Source: the human T2T-CHM13v2.0 reference genome, Homo sapiens
Length of the DNA stretch: 64,000 nucleotides
Direction: 5' to 3' (one strand)
Assembly: GCF_009914755.1 (NCBI RefSeq)
Contig: NC_060935.1
Below are positions 1 to 15,300 of this stretch, piece after piece. The notes under the pieces are model-generated. The model was not told where the DNA came from. It did no database searches and worked only from the letters and a program-made list of their open reading frames with translations. Position numbers and translations under genes: made by a program. How positions within the stretch are numbered: the first letter of the stretch is position 1; every line of letters starts with the position of its first letter.

Positions 1-260
1 CCATCAGGGAAAGCCCTCATCTGGTAAAGGAGAGAAGGGTGTAAAGGCCTGTCCATTTCAGCCCAGTGCAGGATACTTAGATGGGCAATACTCATGCCAG
101 AGTTCCCGCCATGTTGGCTGAGGATTTACCAGTTCTGCATAAGAGTTTAACTTTGTTTTCTGCCTAGTCCTCTTCCTTCTCATCCTAGACAGGTATCGGT
201 TTTTAGTAAGCCTATTGCATCCATCTCAGCACCTGCTTTCAGGGGACTCAACCTGTAACA
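1..260 (+). mobile_element. 3' part of an old ERVL-class LTR (LTR33/LTR40-like; family uncertain)
   Basis: Ends in ccatctcagcacctgctttcaggggactcaacctgtaaca, resembling the 3' terminus of ERVL LTRs (ends ...ACA). Confidence 0.5.
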
Positions 261-713
261 GGGGAACTGTCAGAGTCCCTAACACTCAGGGACCTAAAAA
301 ATAAGTAATCTGTCCTTAGTTAACCATCATTGCCACATTACCAGCACAACCAGTTTTAGTTGATTAAGTGAATCTTAAATTCTGATTCCCCAGAAATAGA
401 TAAACAAATTTGAAAACGATGATTATGATAGCTAAAACTTGTTAAAGGTACATAATGAACAAGCAAATACAATAATTATTTTATATAACTTAGTTTTTTT
501 AAAGTTATTGATTATTGTAGGTTATTTGTATTTTCTTATAAATATTAGAATCAATTTGTCAATTTGTCACTGTTTTTAAAAAAGCCTGCTAGGATTTCTG
601 TTTGGTACCACATTGAATCTATAGTTTGATTTGGGAAAACCAAAAACCTGATAATATTGATTCTTTGCCTCCATGAATTTGTTATATCTTTACATTTATT
701 TACAGTTTCTAAT

Positions 714-1278
714 TGTATGGGAGGTACACTTTTTCTCTAACCTCAGGATCAGTGGCTGGGCTTGCAAAATAAACTGATGAAAGACAGATTTACAGGAAAA
801 AGGTACACAGGTTTATTTGATGTTAAAAGTTTTACATGGCATGAGAGGGAGGAGGGGAAGGAGGATTCTTAAAAAATCTTCCAAGGAAGCGACTGGGATT
901 GGAGATATTTAGGCTATGCAGAGAAAGATTATGAACTTATAGAGAAGTGACTAGACAAAATAAAGGGGTTTCTGAACACTTTAGGGGGACTAAATTGTGG
1001 AAACTTAAAGACATGGGGGACACTAACGGTAGGAAAGGTAGATAAGGGTAGAGGTTCATATAGGCTCTCTCCTTCTCTGGTGGTAAGGTTGTTCTCCCCT
1101 TGCTACTCAAGAAAAAGTGGGCAGGGAGATTTTCACTAGGGGAATTTATGCCTTCTTCTCAGCTGGTTGCGGGAGGGCAGAGAGTCAGTGCTATCTACCT
1201 TTTCCCGATTGCCTTAGCTCAAAATAATCCTCATGACAGCGTGACATATTTTAGGGCACCACATTCTAAACTCCTTCA
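714..1278 (-). mobile_element. MER34-family (ERV1) solo LTR
   Basis: Minus strand begins TGAAGGAGTTTAGAATGTGGTGCCCTAAAATATGTCAC...GAGGATTATTTTGAGCTAAGGCAAT and ends ...TACA; poly(A)-signal-like AATAAA near the 3' end. Confidence 0.7.
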
Positions 1279-2497
1279 TTGTTCTCTTAGCAATGTTTGC
1301 AATTGACAGGGAACAGGTCTTGCACATACTTTGGTAGAAATATAATTGTCTTTTTTTATTTCATTTTATATTGTTCATTGCTAATTTTACAAATACTTTT
1401 TTTATTCACCTGTGTTCTTCATCTTTCTAAATAAATTTATGTGTTCTAATAGACTTTTTTCTCATTTTAGATTTTTTGTATTTTTCTGTGTAGATGGTAA
1501 TGCCTCTCCAAATGAAAAGTTTTACTTTTTTCCTTGCTAATTTGCATGCCTTTTATTTCCTTTTCATCCCTTATTGAATGTGCTAGAATCTCCACGTTGC
1601 TGAATAAGTGAGGGTTCATTCCTGACCTTGTTCTTGCTAACAGAGAAAAAGAATTCAGATTTTTACCATTAAGAATAATAGTAGCTGTTAATATTTATAA
1701 AATCTCTGCATCAATGCAAAGTTTTTCCCCATTCTGGTTTCCTATGAATTTTTATAGTTACGCATTGTTAAAATTCTGTCAGATGTATTTTTGTCACCTA
1801 TTAATATTATATTGTTCTTGTTTTCTTTATTTACATTTACCTTTTTATATATTTTTGATCATTTGATAATATTTAGTTAAGGACTTGGTTTCAATGTTTA
1901 TAGAGGCTGATGGTTTATAGTATTATTTTTGTTGTGATATCTTCATCTTTTTTTTTGAAAGATATTGTTTGTGGTGGATTTATGTTGTTTATTTTCTATA
2001 AATGTCTGATAAAATGAACACCAATGGAGCCATCTAGGCTTGAAGATTTCATTGTAGAACGTTTTTTAAATTATGGACTCAATTTTTATAGTAACTAGAG
2101 GGTTAGTCAGATTTTCTAGTTCTTATGTCAGATTTCTTATTATCATAATAACTTAGGATTTTTTTAAGATATTAGTCCAATTCACCTAAGTTGTTGATTT
2201 TTGAGGAACAAAATGTGGCTTATAATGTATTCTTGGTATTTTCTTTTCTGTAGGATTTGTAGCACCATACCCTCTTTTACTATTGATATTGACAATACGG
2301 GTCCTCCTTTTCATTCTTGATCACTCTAGCTAGAGGTTTATAAACTATAAGAATATTTGGTTGCCTTGAGTTTTGTCTATTTTATCTTAGTTTTCTATTA
2401 ATTCAACATCTGTAAAATTGACTTCAGTTATTATTTTTATTACTGTAATTCCCTTTCTTGTACTTACTCTAGGTTTAGTTTGCTGTCTCTCTCCCTC

Positions 2498-2660
2498 TTT
2501 TTTTTTTTTTCCTAAGAAAGAGTTTTGCTCTGTCACCCAGGCTGGAGTGCAGTGATGTGATAATAACTCACTGCAGCCTCAAACTCCTGGACTCAAGCAA
2601 TCCTCCCACCTCTGCCTCCCTAAGTGCTGGGATTACAGGAGTGAGCCACTCTGCTCAGCC
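2498..2660 (-). mobile_element. Free Alu monomer (FRAM/FAM-like)
   Basis: ~165-bp single arm carrying both the Alu 5' start and the right-arm end plus A-tail; degenerate TSD ttgctgtctct/ttgctcttct. Confidence 0.8.
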
Positions 2661-3221
2661 CTTGCTCTTCTTTTTCTAGTTAACTAAGGTATGGTATTTG
2701 ATTATTGATTTATACTTGCTTCTTTTCTAGTATAATCATTCATAACCACAACTTACCCTCTAAACTCTGCTCTGGATGCATCCCACTAATGTTCATATTA
2801 CATGATTTTATATCGTGACCAAGTTTTTATTGTTGCAGTTACAAAAATAGAAAACAGGTGTTACTTTTCACTGAAGTATCTGTATTTCTATTTTAATGGG
2901 GTCGTTTTTCTCTTTTCTTAAGTATTCTTAAGAATTCATTCAAAATTAGTTCTTTGTATATGGATTGCAAATAATTGTACACTGCCTTTAATCTATGATA
3001 AATTTTTGATAAAGAAGTTTCAATTTTTATGTAGTCTGATTTATTTAACGTTTCATTTAAGCTACTGGCTTTCAGGGCATGTGCATTTTAAAAATATTCC
3101 CCAACTGATTCTGAAATGCACCCTGAAAAAGAGACATGGCACTTTTATGAATTTGTCACATCCTCTAATGAGTTACACATCCTTCCTTTTTTGGGGGCTG
3201 CTCCATTGCTTGATTGGCACT

Positions 3222-3650
3222 TGTTTTAGTCCATCTGTGTTCCTATAAGGGAATACCTAAGGCTGGGTACTTTATAAAGAAAAGAGGTTCATTTGGCTCA
3301 TGGTTCTTTAGGCTATACCAGAAGCATGGTGCCAGCTTCTGCTCTTGGTGAGAATCTCAGGCTGCTTCTACTCATGGCAGAAGGCTAAGGGGAGCTGGCT
3401 TGGACATACCACATAGTGAAAGAGAAAAGCCAGAGGGAAGTAGAGAGGTGCCAGACTCCTTTTAACAATCAGCTCTCTCTGATACTAAAAGAATGAGAAC
3501 TAACTCATTCCTGACAGGACAGTACCAAGTTATTCGTGAGGGATCTGCCAACATGACATAAACTCCTATTAGGTCCTACCTCTAACATCTGGAATCAAAT
3601 TTCAACTGGAGACTTGAGGTGGTCAAACCAATTATATTCAAACCACAGCA
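3222..3650 (-). mobile_element. MSTB-like MaLR solo LTR
   Basis: tgttttagtccatctg...aagaaaagaggttcatttggctca...aaaccacagca; perfect 5-bp TSD GCACT (3217-3221, 3651-3655). Confidence 0.9.
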
Positions 3651-6600
3651 GCACTAAATCTGTAAATAAATAGTTTACTGAAGATAGTATTCTGATATTT
3701 GGAAAATTTGTGACATTATTTTTTGACTCTATGTTTATATATAAATTAAACATGCAGTTCATACATCATGGTGAATTTTTATATATATATATATATACAC
3801 TTATATATAATATTTTAAAAATCTTATCTATTACCATTATTCATTCCATTAGTAGATAAATTTTCTGGAGGAAATTATCTGTCTACATTGTGTATTACCT
3901 CTAATCATCTATATCAGTAGCATGATATTTCAATAATGGTGAAAGAGTCTTGGAACTAATTTGCAAGTCAAAGGAAAAATGTGCCCCTGCTCTTTTGCTT
4001 ATTCATTACATTTAAGAGTTATTTAACAGCAGCCTTTATTCACACACATTATTGAACTCAGTCCATCTGACTTGTGCTCCACTAAATTGGCATTTTCAGA
4101 ATCATAGGCTTCAGTTGTAACAGGAAATTTCTGAATTACAATGTGGTATTTTGCAAAATATGTATGGAGTTTTATGCCTCATTCTTCAGTAAAAAATCCT
4201 AGGTGATCTGAGTCTTAATAAGATAACAATCATTAAGTACGTAGTTTTAGTCTCAGATTTTGGCACTTCCGTATGACTGTTACTCTGGGAAGACATGGTT
4301 CTCCAAACGAAAAGAAATGCTATTTTGTTTGAGCTATCATAGCTCCCAAACCTCTTCTTGATCATTTGAATCACCAGTTTAAAACACCAGGTGGAAGATT
4401 TCCTGGTGGGTTTTACTGAAGCCAGGAAGCAAACAACAACAAAGAAATTGTTGCTGCAAAAGTTGCTATATTTTAATAACACTCAAAAAGAAATACATTA
4501 GAAACTTTTAACTAAAAACAAATAGAAACCTACATTTTTGCACAGACTTTCAACTATTGACATAATAATGTAGGTACGGATTGGGGTCAATACATTGGAT
4601 CTAGCCAACATTAATTTCTTTTGTGTACCAACTTTGCTTATAAACTTTCTAAGTATTATTATGATGTAGAATATGTCCACAAATCACAATTCACTCATTT
4701 TTCAGCAACAAGGTACACTAAAGCCCTTTCAACAACCAATGAACTGTGATGTTATATGCTTTCTGAAAAAAGAAGTTACTATGTACATTTTCATATGCTA
4801 AAGTAAAATTACCTTTTTCTTAAGGCAAGAACACCTATATCCCATGAAAAGAGTATAAGCGTTCAAGTATAAGTTATGAAATCTGAAATGTAGTGGTGAT
4901 TATTTTCAGTTCATCACTTTGCATATTCTTCTATAGTAACACACTAAGTTGTCTAATTTCTGTAATTAATCTTTCCTAAAACACTTTTTTATGAATTCAG
5001 ATGTAGCCATCCTATAAAAAATGCTAACAAGCTACAAGCATTTTGAGATCCCCAGATAAAAGTAGCTAGCCATACATCTGTACACCAAATCTACTTTAAT
5101 TGTTAAAAATAGCTTTATAAAACCTGAGAAAATGATTTACTTATTGGTCAGTTTTAATATAGATTTGATATATACTCATATTTCTGATGTTAAATAGCTG
5201 TGAAAATGAGGCACTGATCCTATGGTGTCTCAAATAGAATACCTATGTCTGCATCTTTCTTTGACGAAGAAATCACTTGTGAGATGTTAACGTTGTATAT
5301 ATAACTGTAAATATTAAAAAGAGGCATATTTACAATTCCCTTTTTTTCACTCATTCCTATTCCCAGGATAAGCCATCAAAGCAAAAAGTTGGCAGTTCAA
5401 TGTTATTTTGTCTTCTATTTTTGTATGCCCTGTTTAAAACAAATGTCCTTAATTGACTTGTGATAGTAGCAAATCAATTGTAGAACGTCAGGAATGTCTG
5501 CGAACAGATGGCGGTGTGGATCTCATTCCTCCTAGGACTCACTCAGAGTTACAGCTGTCCAGGGTTATGTGTAATGTTTGCAGCCCTGTTTTCTGTTAGC
5601 TGGCTATTTCGATGATGAATATGTGTGCAGATAACCCTTCTCCTTTGAGAATTCTGCCCCTCTGCATGGCTTCTATTTTGAATGCATAGCACTCTATGCA
5701 TTCATGGAATACCAATAGGTTTTATTTAAAAGGTGACCGCATTAAAAAAAAATCAAAATGTCTCAATTAATGATTGCACTTTTTTTGTGTATCTAACTTG
5801 AATCTGGTATAGAATTGGAGGCAGTAAAATAGTATACAATAATTAAGAAATGCCCTAATATACTCCAAGTTGATTTTACTCTTTTGCTTTTCAAAATAAT
5901 GTGTACAACTTTTAGTAGCCCTTGCTTGAAGAGTAAAAAAATAATTTTACACAAATATAAAAGTATAGTGAATAAATATCTTGGTGGCAATACTTTTGAA
6001 AAACTATTTATGTTTTTGTTGAGATTGTAATTATATAAACATATTGAGATATTTTCCTCCTCCATAAATATAGATTTATAGAATAAAAATCTTGAGTAAA
6101 TTTAAACATGTTATTAATATAAAACACTGATAGAACACTTAAAATTGAATTATGTATAATTATAAAAATTTTATTATTTTCTGTATATAATATGCCTGAA
6201 TAGTCCTGTTGTATTTGAACACATGTATGTGTACAAAACTTATGTTGTAAGTATATAACATGAATTTATATGAAGTCACAGCATAGATAAAGAAAATTCC
6301 CTGGGCCTTTTCTCCCAGCTTTGAATACTGTTCACTAGAACTTCATACACAGATATCTCTGATGAATTATTTTCTTTTAAGAAATCCTAATTTGAATGTC
6401 TGATCTATACTGAATGCTTTCCTCAATTGTCTAATTAACATTTTTATTGTATTGAAATTTCATAAAATCAGCCACATTCTATTTCTTAACTTGGTTTCTT
6501 CTCTTAGAATTCAAAGAAAGATATCAATGAAAGAAAATACCTATCTCTTTTTTTTGCCATTTTTGCTAAACAGATCTCTCCTTAAAGCAATATATTCTCT

Positions 6601-7149
6601 TTCCTTTTTCTTTTTGAAGCTACCTTTTTTTTGAAGTGGAAATTTACATAATTAGCATGCACAAAGATCTCAGGCTTTCAACTTGACAAAGTGGGAATTT
6701 TCTTTATTCCTAATTATTGATTTAGACACTTAGGAGATGAAAGCAATTCAAGTCATGACTTTCACAGACATAGAAATATGAATTTGATTGGTTGGTAAAT
6801 TGCCAATGCTTAATAAGTAAACTTAGAGTCCCTGCCATAACACATACCTAAGTGGCAACAAGCAACCTGCCACACTGACAGTTTTCTTAAAAATATGAAT
6901 ATTTTGACAAATACTTGAATATCATTATTTGTGAGAAAAATTGTGGAAGGGACACATCAACTAGGGTCTCCCTAGAATACTTTGTATATTTCTAGAGGCA
7001 AACAGAATATTCAATATGTAATATCTCCTACCTAGAAATCCACATATATGGTTGAGAAGAAATGTGAATTGGATTAAATTCATGAACTGGTATTGGGCAT
7101 GGACACTCCACTCAGTGGACAGAACTCAAACTCTCCGAGCTTGAGTTGC

Positions 7150-8020
<871 letters not shown>

Positions 8021-8839
8021 TTTACTTCTCTCACCCCCTTCTGATCTACGTACCATAGTAAGACAGTTTGATCATTAAATACAACTGTTTCCATAAAGAG
8101 AACATCTCCTCTTGATTACTTCTTACATACTGATATGAACAAAAGAGGTTGGATGTATAGACTTATTTTGTATATTCACAATTTTACCTTGACCATTTCT
8201 GAACTTCAGGCTTCTTTACTTTCTCTAATGGGAAAACCAGGCAGTCTGTTTTGGTATTTTTGCTTGGTGGCATCCAGCTTTAAGAGGGTTAGGGGATTCA
8301 AAAGTAATTCTGGTCCAGCCCTGGATTCTTGTTAGGGTGACATGATTTTAGGTTGTAGGATTAAAGACTATGAGTTGAGTGTACTGCCCACTAAGTGGTT
8401 CATCCAGGGGTTACTCAACACCACCACCAAAAATAGATTAGGTAGTTGTGATATCTTCACCCTCAGTGAGACCAGAATAGGTCCAAAAGAGGGTAGTTAG
8501 GTAAATTCTGAAATCAATGAAGAACTTATCCTTTTTCTGTTTATAGATCTGAACATTAATCAAGTAATTTTAACAGAAAATACCTAAGGATAAATATAGC
8601 TGCTAAAAGGTCTTGTCCTATTTTTATATTATTTTGTATGTATCCATTATCAAATATTGACCCACATATCCACAGTCCTTTTAGTAATCAATCTATCTTC
8701 CTTTATTTTAACAAAGTCTTAGCAATTTGGGGGCTCACAATATCACTAATTCATAGAAATAAGGGAATCCTGAATTATAATTTCTAAAATCAATCCTATT
8801 TTTTTTTTGTCTTTCCATATGAGGGTTTGAAAAGATCGT

Positions 8840-9129
8840 GGCCAGGCGCAGTGGCTCACATCTGTAATCCCAGCACTTTGAGAGGCCAAGGTGGACGGAT
8901 CACCTGAGGCCAGGAGTTCTAGACCAGCCTGGCCAACATGGTGAAACCTCTTCTCTACTAAAAACACAAAAATTAGCTGGGCGTGACAGCGAGCGCCTGT
9001 AATCCCAGCTACTTAGGAGGCTGAGGCAGGATAAACAGTTGAAGCCAGTAGACGGAGGTTGCAGTGAGCCAAGATCACATCACTGCACTCTAGCCTGGAT
9101 GACAAGAGTGAAACTCCATTTCAAAAAAA
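8840..9129 (+). mobile_element. AluS (Sq/Sx-like)
   Basis: Full dimer; gacaagagtgaaactcc end; TSD gaaaagat. Confidence 0.92.
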
Positions 9130-10639
9130 GAAAAGATATTAGCTGGGTTTTGCAAATCTGATCTTTGCCAAGTTCTAGACTATAGGACTGATGAGGCTGG
9201 TCATTTTCTCTACCCAAGTTACACATTAGGAGGGTATATTTCTCAGCGACAGGGGAGGTCAAAGAAAGAGCAAAAATGTTTGGAAAAAGCACAGAAGAAA
9301 AAGGAGTAGAGTAAGAGGAAGGAGGAAATCAAATTACAAGAGTCCAGGAGGGAGACCAATTTGCAGGTGGGCAGAAAGAATGAGAGGAAGTATGTACTGT
9401 TTTTACATTTCTCTAAGGAATTCATAATGAAAAGAATTTTAGAATTTTCATATATTGTTGAGACATCTTTGTACCAGTAAAAAATGCTGACCATTGATAT
9501 CTATAATCTTTGAATCCTTTCATTCTAAGGCACCTCACAAATGGCTTCCTTTGTTCATATATCAAATTCCACAAGTGGCTATAAAAGTTCTAAATTGTCT
9601 TTGGTAACATTCTACAGAGCTTCAGCTATTTTGTGCTAAATATTTAGTGTCATTGGCACCATAATGATTGTACATGTAAGAGGATGGGCAACAAACTGGG
9701 GACACGTTGAATGATAGATAATTGCTCATATTACAGTGACAACAATAAATGAGAGACAAATAATCACATTCAGAAAGACTTGTTACTTGCTCCTGCATCA
9801 TGCATGATCTCCCTGAAATAGTGAAGCAAATTACAATAAAGATTTTCCTAAAATGCTTAAGCCAGAGGAGTAAACATTTATGTGGTACTTTAATGCAAAG
9901 GGAGTGGAGCGCTAGTTCATCAGGAGCAAAACTTACTCAGGTGTGCAGACGCTGGGCCGCTAAGGAAGGAAACCATCAAAGAATCATTGGCATGATATGT
10001 CCTGTTGAAGTGGCCTGGACTGAGCATAAGGGGGCCCGGTCCTGATTCAAGCCACAACACTAATAACTGTAGAACAAAATCAGCTAGAGCCTTGGCTAAT
10101 CATAAACGTTTATTTGAAAATCCTGAGCACAAAAATATTTTGAGGGAATGTTTTGTCTTGGGAGAAAAAAAAAAAAAAAGTTGGGAAGGCAGAGGGCTTT
10201 ATCCAGAAGGGTGAATTGACTATTCCACTTGTTTTAGGAATAGATGATTCTTCAAAATGGTGAGTTGAAAGGAAGAAACTGTTCTTGAGGTGTTCATATC
10301 CACTGGTTGAGCAATTCGGGTTTAAGACGGGGAGAGAGGATGGGAAGGGGAAGTCTGAGAAAGTGACTTTGAAGGTCTCTTATATAATCTTTTTTAAGGC
10401 ATAAAAATTAGTACAGTTTTAATAAAATGGATTAAATTTAAAGGAAAATACTTCCAATGTCCAGGGATGATTCAAAAATCATTTATAAGGCTTTAATTTA
10501 TTCTAATAGTTAAATCTCTTTGGAAACTATTAAGCCTGTATTTTCTTTTTTGATATTTTTTTTTCTAAAATATATTCTTTAATAATAATGTTCGTCTAGG
10601 TTCCTTAATAGTTATTCCATGAATTTCTTCCTCCTTCCA

Positions 10640-10952
10640 AGTGATCTCAGCTACTTCCAACACTTCAACTATTACAATTTAAAAAATCAAATCTAAGTCA
10701 TTTTGAATTCTTCATGCCTAGGATATGTTTTCTTCTCTTTTCCTACAGTAATATCCGGCTCATGTGTCATGTCTCACCATTTTTATCATAATTCTTTATA
10801 GTGCTAAGCATGCTAAATTTCCCTTATACCTGTTTATATGTTAACATCCACTTTTGAGTCAGCTTTTTGAGCGTGTCATTCATATTTTTGGGTTTCAGTG
10901 TATAGCATATATCTGACACATAGGACATATTTAACAAGTGTTAATGATTGTT
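10640..10952 (+). mobile_element. L2 3' remnant
   Basis: tatagcatatatctgacacataggacatatttaacaagtgttaatgattg resembles the L2 3' terminus. Confidence 0.55.
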
Positions 10953-11004
10953 TTCCTTTAAAACATCGGTCAAATGCTTCTTCTTTTAAGAAATCTTCAA
11001 CTTA

Positions 11005-11470
11005 GTTCATTTAGGAAAGATTCCTTTGGTAACAATGAACAGAAAGATAACTTGAAGTAGCTCAAAGAGAAACCAAACAGGAAGTACAGGACATATGAGC
11101 TTCAAGCAAGCATGGAATCAAGCTTTTGAATATCCCCATAACTCTTGCCATATTACAGCTCTAGTTCTTTCTTCCTGTCAACTTCACTATTTCACAGAGC
11201 TTCCTCCACATAGCTTAATACACAGTCTCACAACACTCACAACTCGTATGTCCCAACTTTATATAAGAGATGTAAATTAATTGCTATTAGTTCCAAGTAG
11301 AAAAAACATCCTAAAAAGTTTTAAAGATGCAGGTTAGTTAGCCTGTCTCAATCAGTGTCTACTTTTGAGCAACCGTGCTCAAATGGTTGGGCTTTGCATG
11401 GAAGCTCCCATTCAGAGCATAAAGAAAAGGGGACATTTCATCAAAGAAGGTAGTGCTAAATTGGGCAGAT
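11005..11470 (-). mobile_element. Very old MLT1-type MaLR LTR remnant
   Basis: ttcctttggtaacaatgaacagaaagataacttgaagtagctcaaag resembles the antisense end of old MLT1 (K/L/N) LTRs. Confidence 0.4.
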
Positions 11471-11707
11471 TTTTAAAAAATGTTTATATCTATGTTACTT
11501 TTAAAATATAACCATTCTTTCTTTTTGAGTTAATGTAACAACTTCATTTTCCTTTATTAAATCACGGATTTTTTTAATTTTTTTCCTTCACATGAATATC
11601 TTCTCTATAATTTTATATTCCTTAGGGTCAAGTATCCTTGCCCTATCATTTAATTTTTCTTTGTTATATTCCTGGGAGCTTCAAGTACAAATAAAGATTT
11701 ATTTTTA

Positions 11708-12125
11708 TGCAATAAGTAGTTAGTTCAGTAGGCCTGGGTTGCTAAAACCCCGCATAGTCTAAAGGCAGGCCTGTCTTCAGAAAGACTGACACTTGACTAG
11801 CCCCTGAGAAATAACCTCTGAGCCCTTGGAATGTGCTGCCTGATAGAGTGTTTTGGTGTGTCTGAGAATTTGGGCCACATGGTATCAATTTAACCTCCAG
11901 GCAGATGGAAACTGAGGAGTTAAGTTCAGTCAAGCTGCTGCTGCATGCTTATGGGACTGATCCCCAATAAAAATCTGGATTGCAAGGCTCAGGTGAGCTA
12001 GCCTGGTTGGCAAGACATCACATGTGTTGTCACAGGTTGTTGTCAGGTGAATTGAGTGCAATTCTCCTGGAAGGTGACACCTGGAAGTTTTTGTCTGATT
12101 TCACCCATGCGCCTTTCCTATGTCT
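11708..12125 (+). mobile_element. MER68/MER77-family ERVL LTR, 5' part
   Basis: tgcaataagtagttagttcagtaggcctgggttgct...gagaaataacctctgagcccttggaatgtgctgcctgatagagtg; continues at 18988 after the L1. Confidence 0.8.
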
Positions 12126-12339
12126 TTTTTTTTTTTTTTTTATACTTTAAGTTTTGGAGTACATATGCAGAACGTGCAGGTTTGTTGCATAAAAATACAC
12201 TTGCCATGGTGGTTTGCTGCAGCCACCAACCCGTCATCTACTTTAGGTATTTCTCCTGATGCTACCTTTCCCCTAGCCTCCCACCCCAACAGGCCCTGGT
12301 GTATGATGTTCCCCCGCTGTGTCCATGTGTTCTCATTGT

Positions 12340-15300
12340 TCAACTTCCACTTATGAGTGAGAACATGTGGTGTATGGTTTTCTGTTCTTGTGTTAGTTTG
12401 CTGAGAATGATGATTTCCAGTGTCAACCATGTCCCTGAAAAGGACATGAACTCATCCTTTTTTATGGCTGCATAGTAATCCATGGTGTATATGTGCCACA
12501 TTCTTTATCCAGTCTATCATTGATGGGGATTTAGGTTGGTTCCAAGACTTTGCTATTGTGAACAGTGCCACAGTAAACGTACAAGTGCATGTGTCTTTAT
12601 AGTAGAATGGTTTATAATCCTTTGGGTATATACCAGGTAATGAGATTGCTGGGTCAAATGGTATTTCTAGTTCTAGATCCTTGAGGAATAGCCACACTGT
12701 CTTCCACAATGGTTGAACTGATTTACACTCCCACCAACAGTGTAAAAGCGTTTCTATTTCTCCACATCCTCTCCAGCATCTGTTGTTTCCTGAATTTTTA
12801 ATGATTGCCATTCTAAATGGCATGAGATGGTATCTCACTGTGGTTTTGATTTGCATTTTTCTAATGACCAGTGATGATGAGCTTTTTTTCATATGCTTGT
12901 TGGCTGCATAAATGTCTTCTTTTGAGAAGTGTCTGTTCATATCCTTCACCCACTTTTTGATGGGGTTGTTTTTTTCTTGTAAATTTGTTTAAGTTCTTTG
13001 TAGCTTCTGGATAGCCCTTTGTCAGATGGATAGATTGCAAGAATTTTCTCTCATTCTGTAGGTTGCCTGTTCACTCTGATGATAGTTTCTTTTGCTGTGC
13101 AGAAGCTCTTTAGTTTAGTCAGATCCCATTTTTCTATTTTTGCTTTTGTTGCCATTGCTTTTGGTGTTTTATTCATTAAGTCTTTGTCCATGCCTATGTC
13201 CTGAATGGTATTGCCTAAGTTTCCTTCTAGGGTTTTTATGGTTTCAGGTCTTACATTTAAGTCTTTAATCCATCTTAATTTTTGTATAAGGTATAAGGAA
13301 GTGATCCAGGTACAGCTTTTGGCATATGACTAGGCAGTTTTCCCAACACCATTTATTAAATAGAGAATCCTTTCCCCATTGCTAGTTTTTGTCAGGTTTG
13401 TCAAAGATCAGATGGTTGTAGATGTATGGTGTTATTTATGAGGCCTCTGTTCTGATCCATTGATCTATATATCTGTTTTGGTACCAGTACCTTGCTGTTT
13501 TGGTTACCGTAGCCTTGTAGTATAGTTTCAAATCAGGTAGTGTGATGCCTCCAGCTTTGTTCTTTTTGCTTAGGATTGTCGTGGCTACGTGGGCTCTTTT
13601 TTGGTTCCATATGAAATTTAAAGTACTTTTTTCCAATTCTGTGAAGAAAGTCATTGGTAACTTGATGGGGATAGCATTGAATCTATAAATTACTTTGGGC
13701 AGTATGGCCATTTTCACAATACTGATTCTTCCTATCCATGAGCATGGAATGTTTTTCTATTTGTTTGTGTCCTGTCTTATTTCCTTGTGCAGTGGTTTGT
13801 AGTTCCCCTTGAAGAGGTCTTTCACATCCCTTGTAAGTTGTATGCCTAGGTATTTTATTCTCTTTGTAGCAATTGTGAATGAGAGTTCACTCATGATTTG
13901 GCTCTCTGTTTGTCTGTTATCAGTGTATAGGAATGCTTGTGATTTTTGCACATTGATTTTGTATCCTGAAACTTTGCTAAAGTTGCTTATCAGCTGAATG
14001 AGATTTGGGGCTGAGAAAATGGGGTATTAAATATGCAATCATGTCATCTACAAACAGAGACAATTTGAATCCCTCTTTTCCTAATTGAATACCCTTTATC
14101 TCTTTCTCTTGCCTGAGTGTCCTGGCCAGAACTTCCAATACTATGGTTGAATAGGAGTGGTGAGAGAGGGCATTCTTGTCTTTTGCCAGTTTTCAAAGGG
14201 AATGCTTCCAGTTTTTGCCCATTCAGTATGATATTGCCTGTGGGTTTGTCATAAATAGCTCTTACTATTCTGAGATACATTCCATCAAAGCCTAGTTTAT
14301 TGAGAGTTTTTAGCAAGAAGTGCTGTTGAATTTTGTTGAAGGACTTTTCTGCATCTATTGAGATAATGTTGTGGTTTTTGTCATAAGTTCTGTTTATGTG
14401 ATGGATAACATTTATTGATTTGTATATGTTGAAACAGCCTTGCACCCCAGGGATGAAGCTAACTTGATCATGGTGGATAAGCTTTTTGATGTGCTGCTGG
14501 ATATGGTTTGCCAGTATTTTATTTAATATTTTTGCATCGATGTTCATCAGGGATATCGGCCTGAAATTTCCTTTTGTTGTGTCTCTGCCAGGTTTTGGTA
14601 TCAGGATGATGCTGGCCTCATAAAATGAGTTAGGGAGGAGTCCCTCTTTTTCTATTGTTTGGAATAGTTTCAGAAGGAATGGTACCAGTTCCTCTTTGTA
14701 TCTCTGGTAGAATTCAGCGGTGAATCTATATGGTCCAGGACTATTTTTGGTTGGTAGGCTATTAATTGCTGCCTCAATTTCAGAACTTGTTATTGGTTTA
14801 TTCAGGGATTCAACTTCTTCCTGGTTTCGTCTTGGAAGGGTGTATATATCCAGGAATTTATTCATTTCTTCTAGATTTTCTAGTTTATTTGCATAGAGGT
14901 GTTTATAGTATTCTCTGATGGTAGTTTGTATTTCTGTGGGATCACTGGTGATATCACCTTTATCATTTTTTATTGCATCTATTTGATTCTTCTCCCTTTT
15001 CTTCTTTATTAGTCTGGCTAGTGGTCTATTTTGTTGATCTTTTCAAAAAACCAGCTCCTGGATTCATTGATTTTTTGAAGGATTTTTTAAGTCTCTATCT
15101 CCTTCAGCTCTGCTCTGATCTTAGTTATTTCTTGTGTTCTGCAGGCTTTTGAATTTGTTTGCTCTTGCTTCTCTAGTTATTTTAATTGTGATGTTAGGGT
15201 GTCGATTTTAGATCTTTCCTGCTTTCTCTTGTGGGCATTTACTGCTATAAATTTCCCTCTACACACTGCTTTAAATGTGTCCCAGAGATTCTGGTATGTT

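Larger units (their letters stand above)
490..2830 (-). mobile_element. Old L1M ORF2 fragment, interrupted by an LTR (714-1278) and an Alu monomer
   Basis: Degenerate antisense L1 motifs (cattgaatctatagtttgatttggg; gtgctagaatctcc; ggagccatctaggcttgaag) continue across both insertions. Confidence 0.75.

Noticed and set aside
5611-5700. Box C-like ATGATGA as a C/D snoRNA
   Set aside because: No box D (CTGA) or terminal stem at a suitable distance.
14044-14865. Longest ORF (273 aa) as a functional gene
   Set aside because: Fragment of L1 ORF2, bounded by frameshifts and stops.
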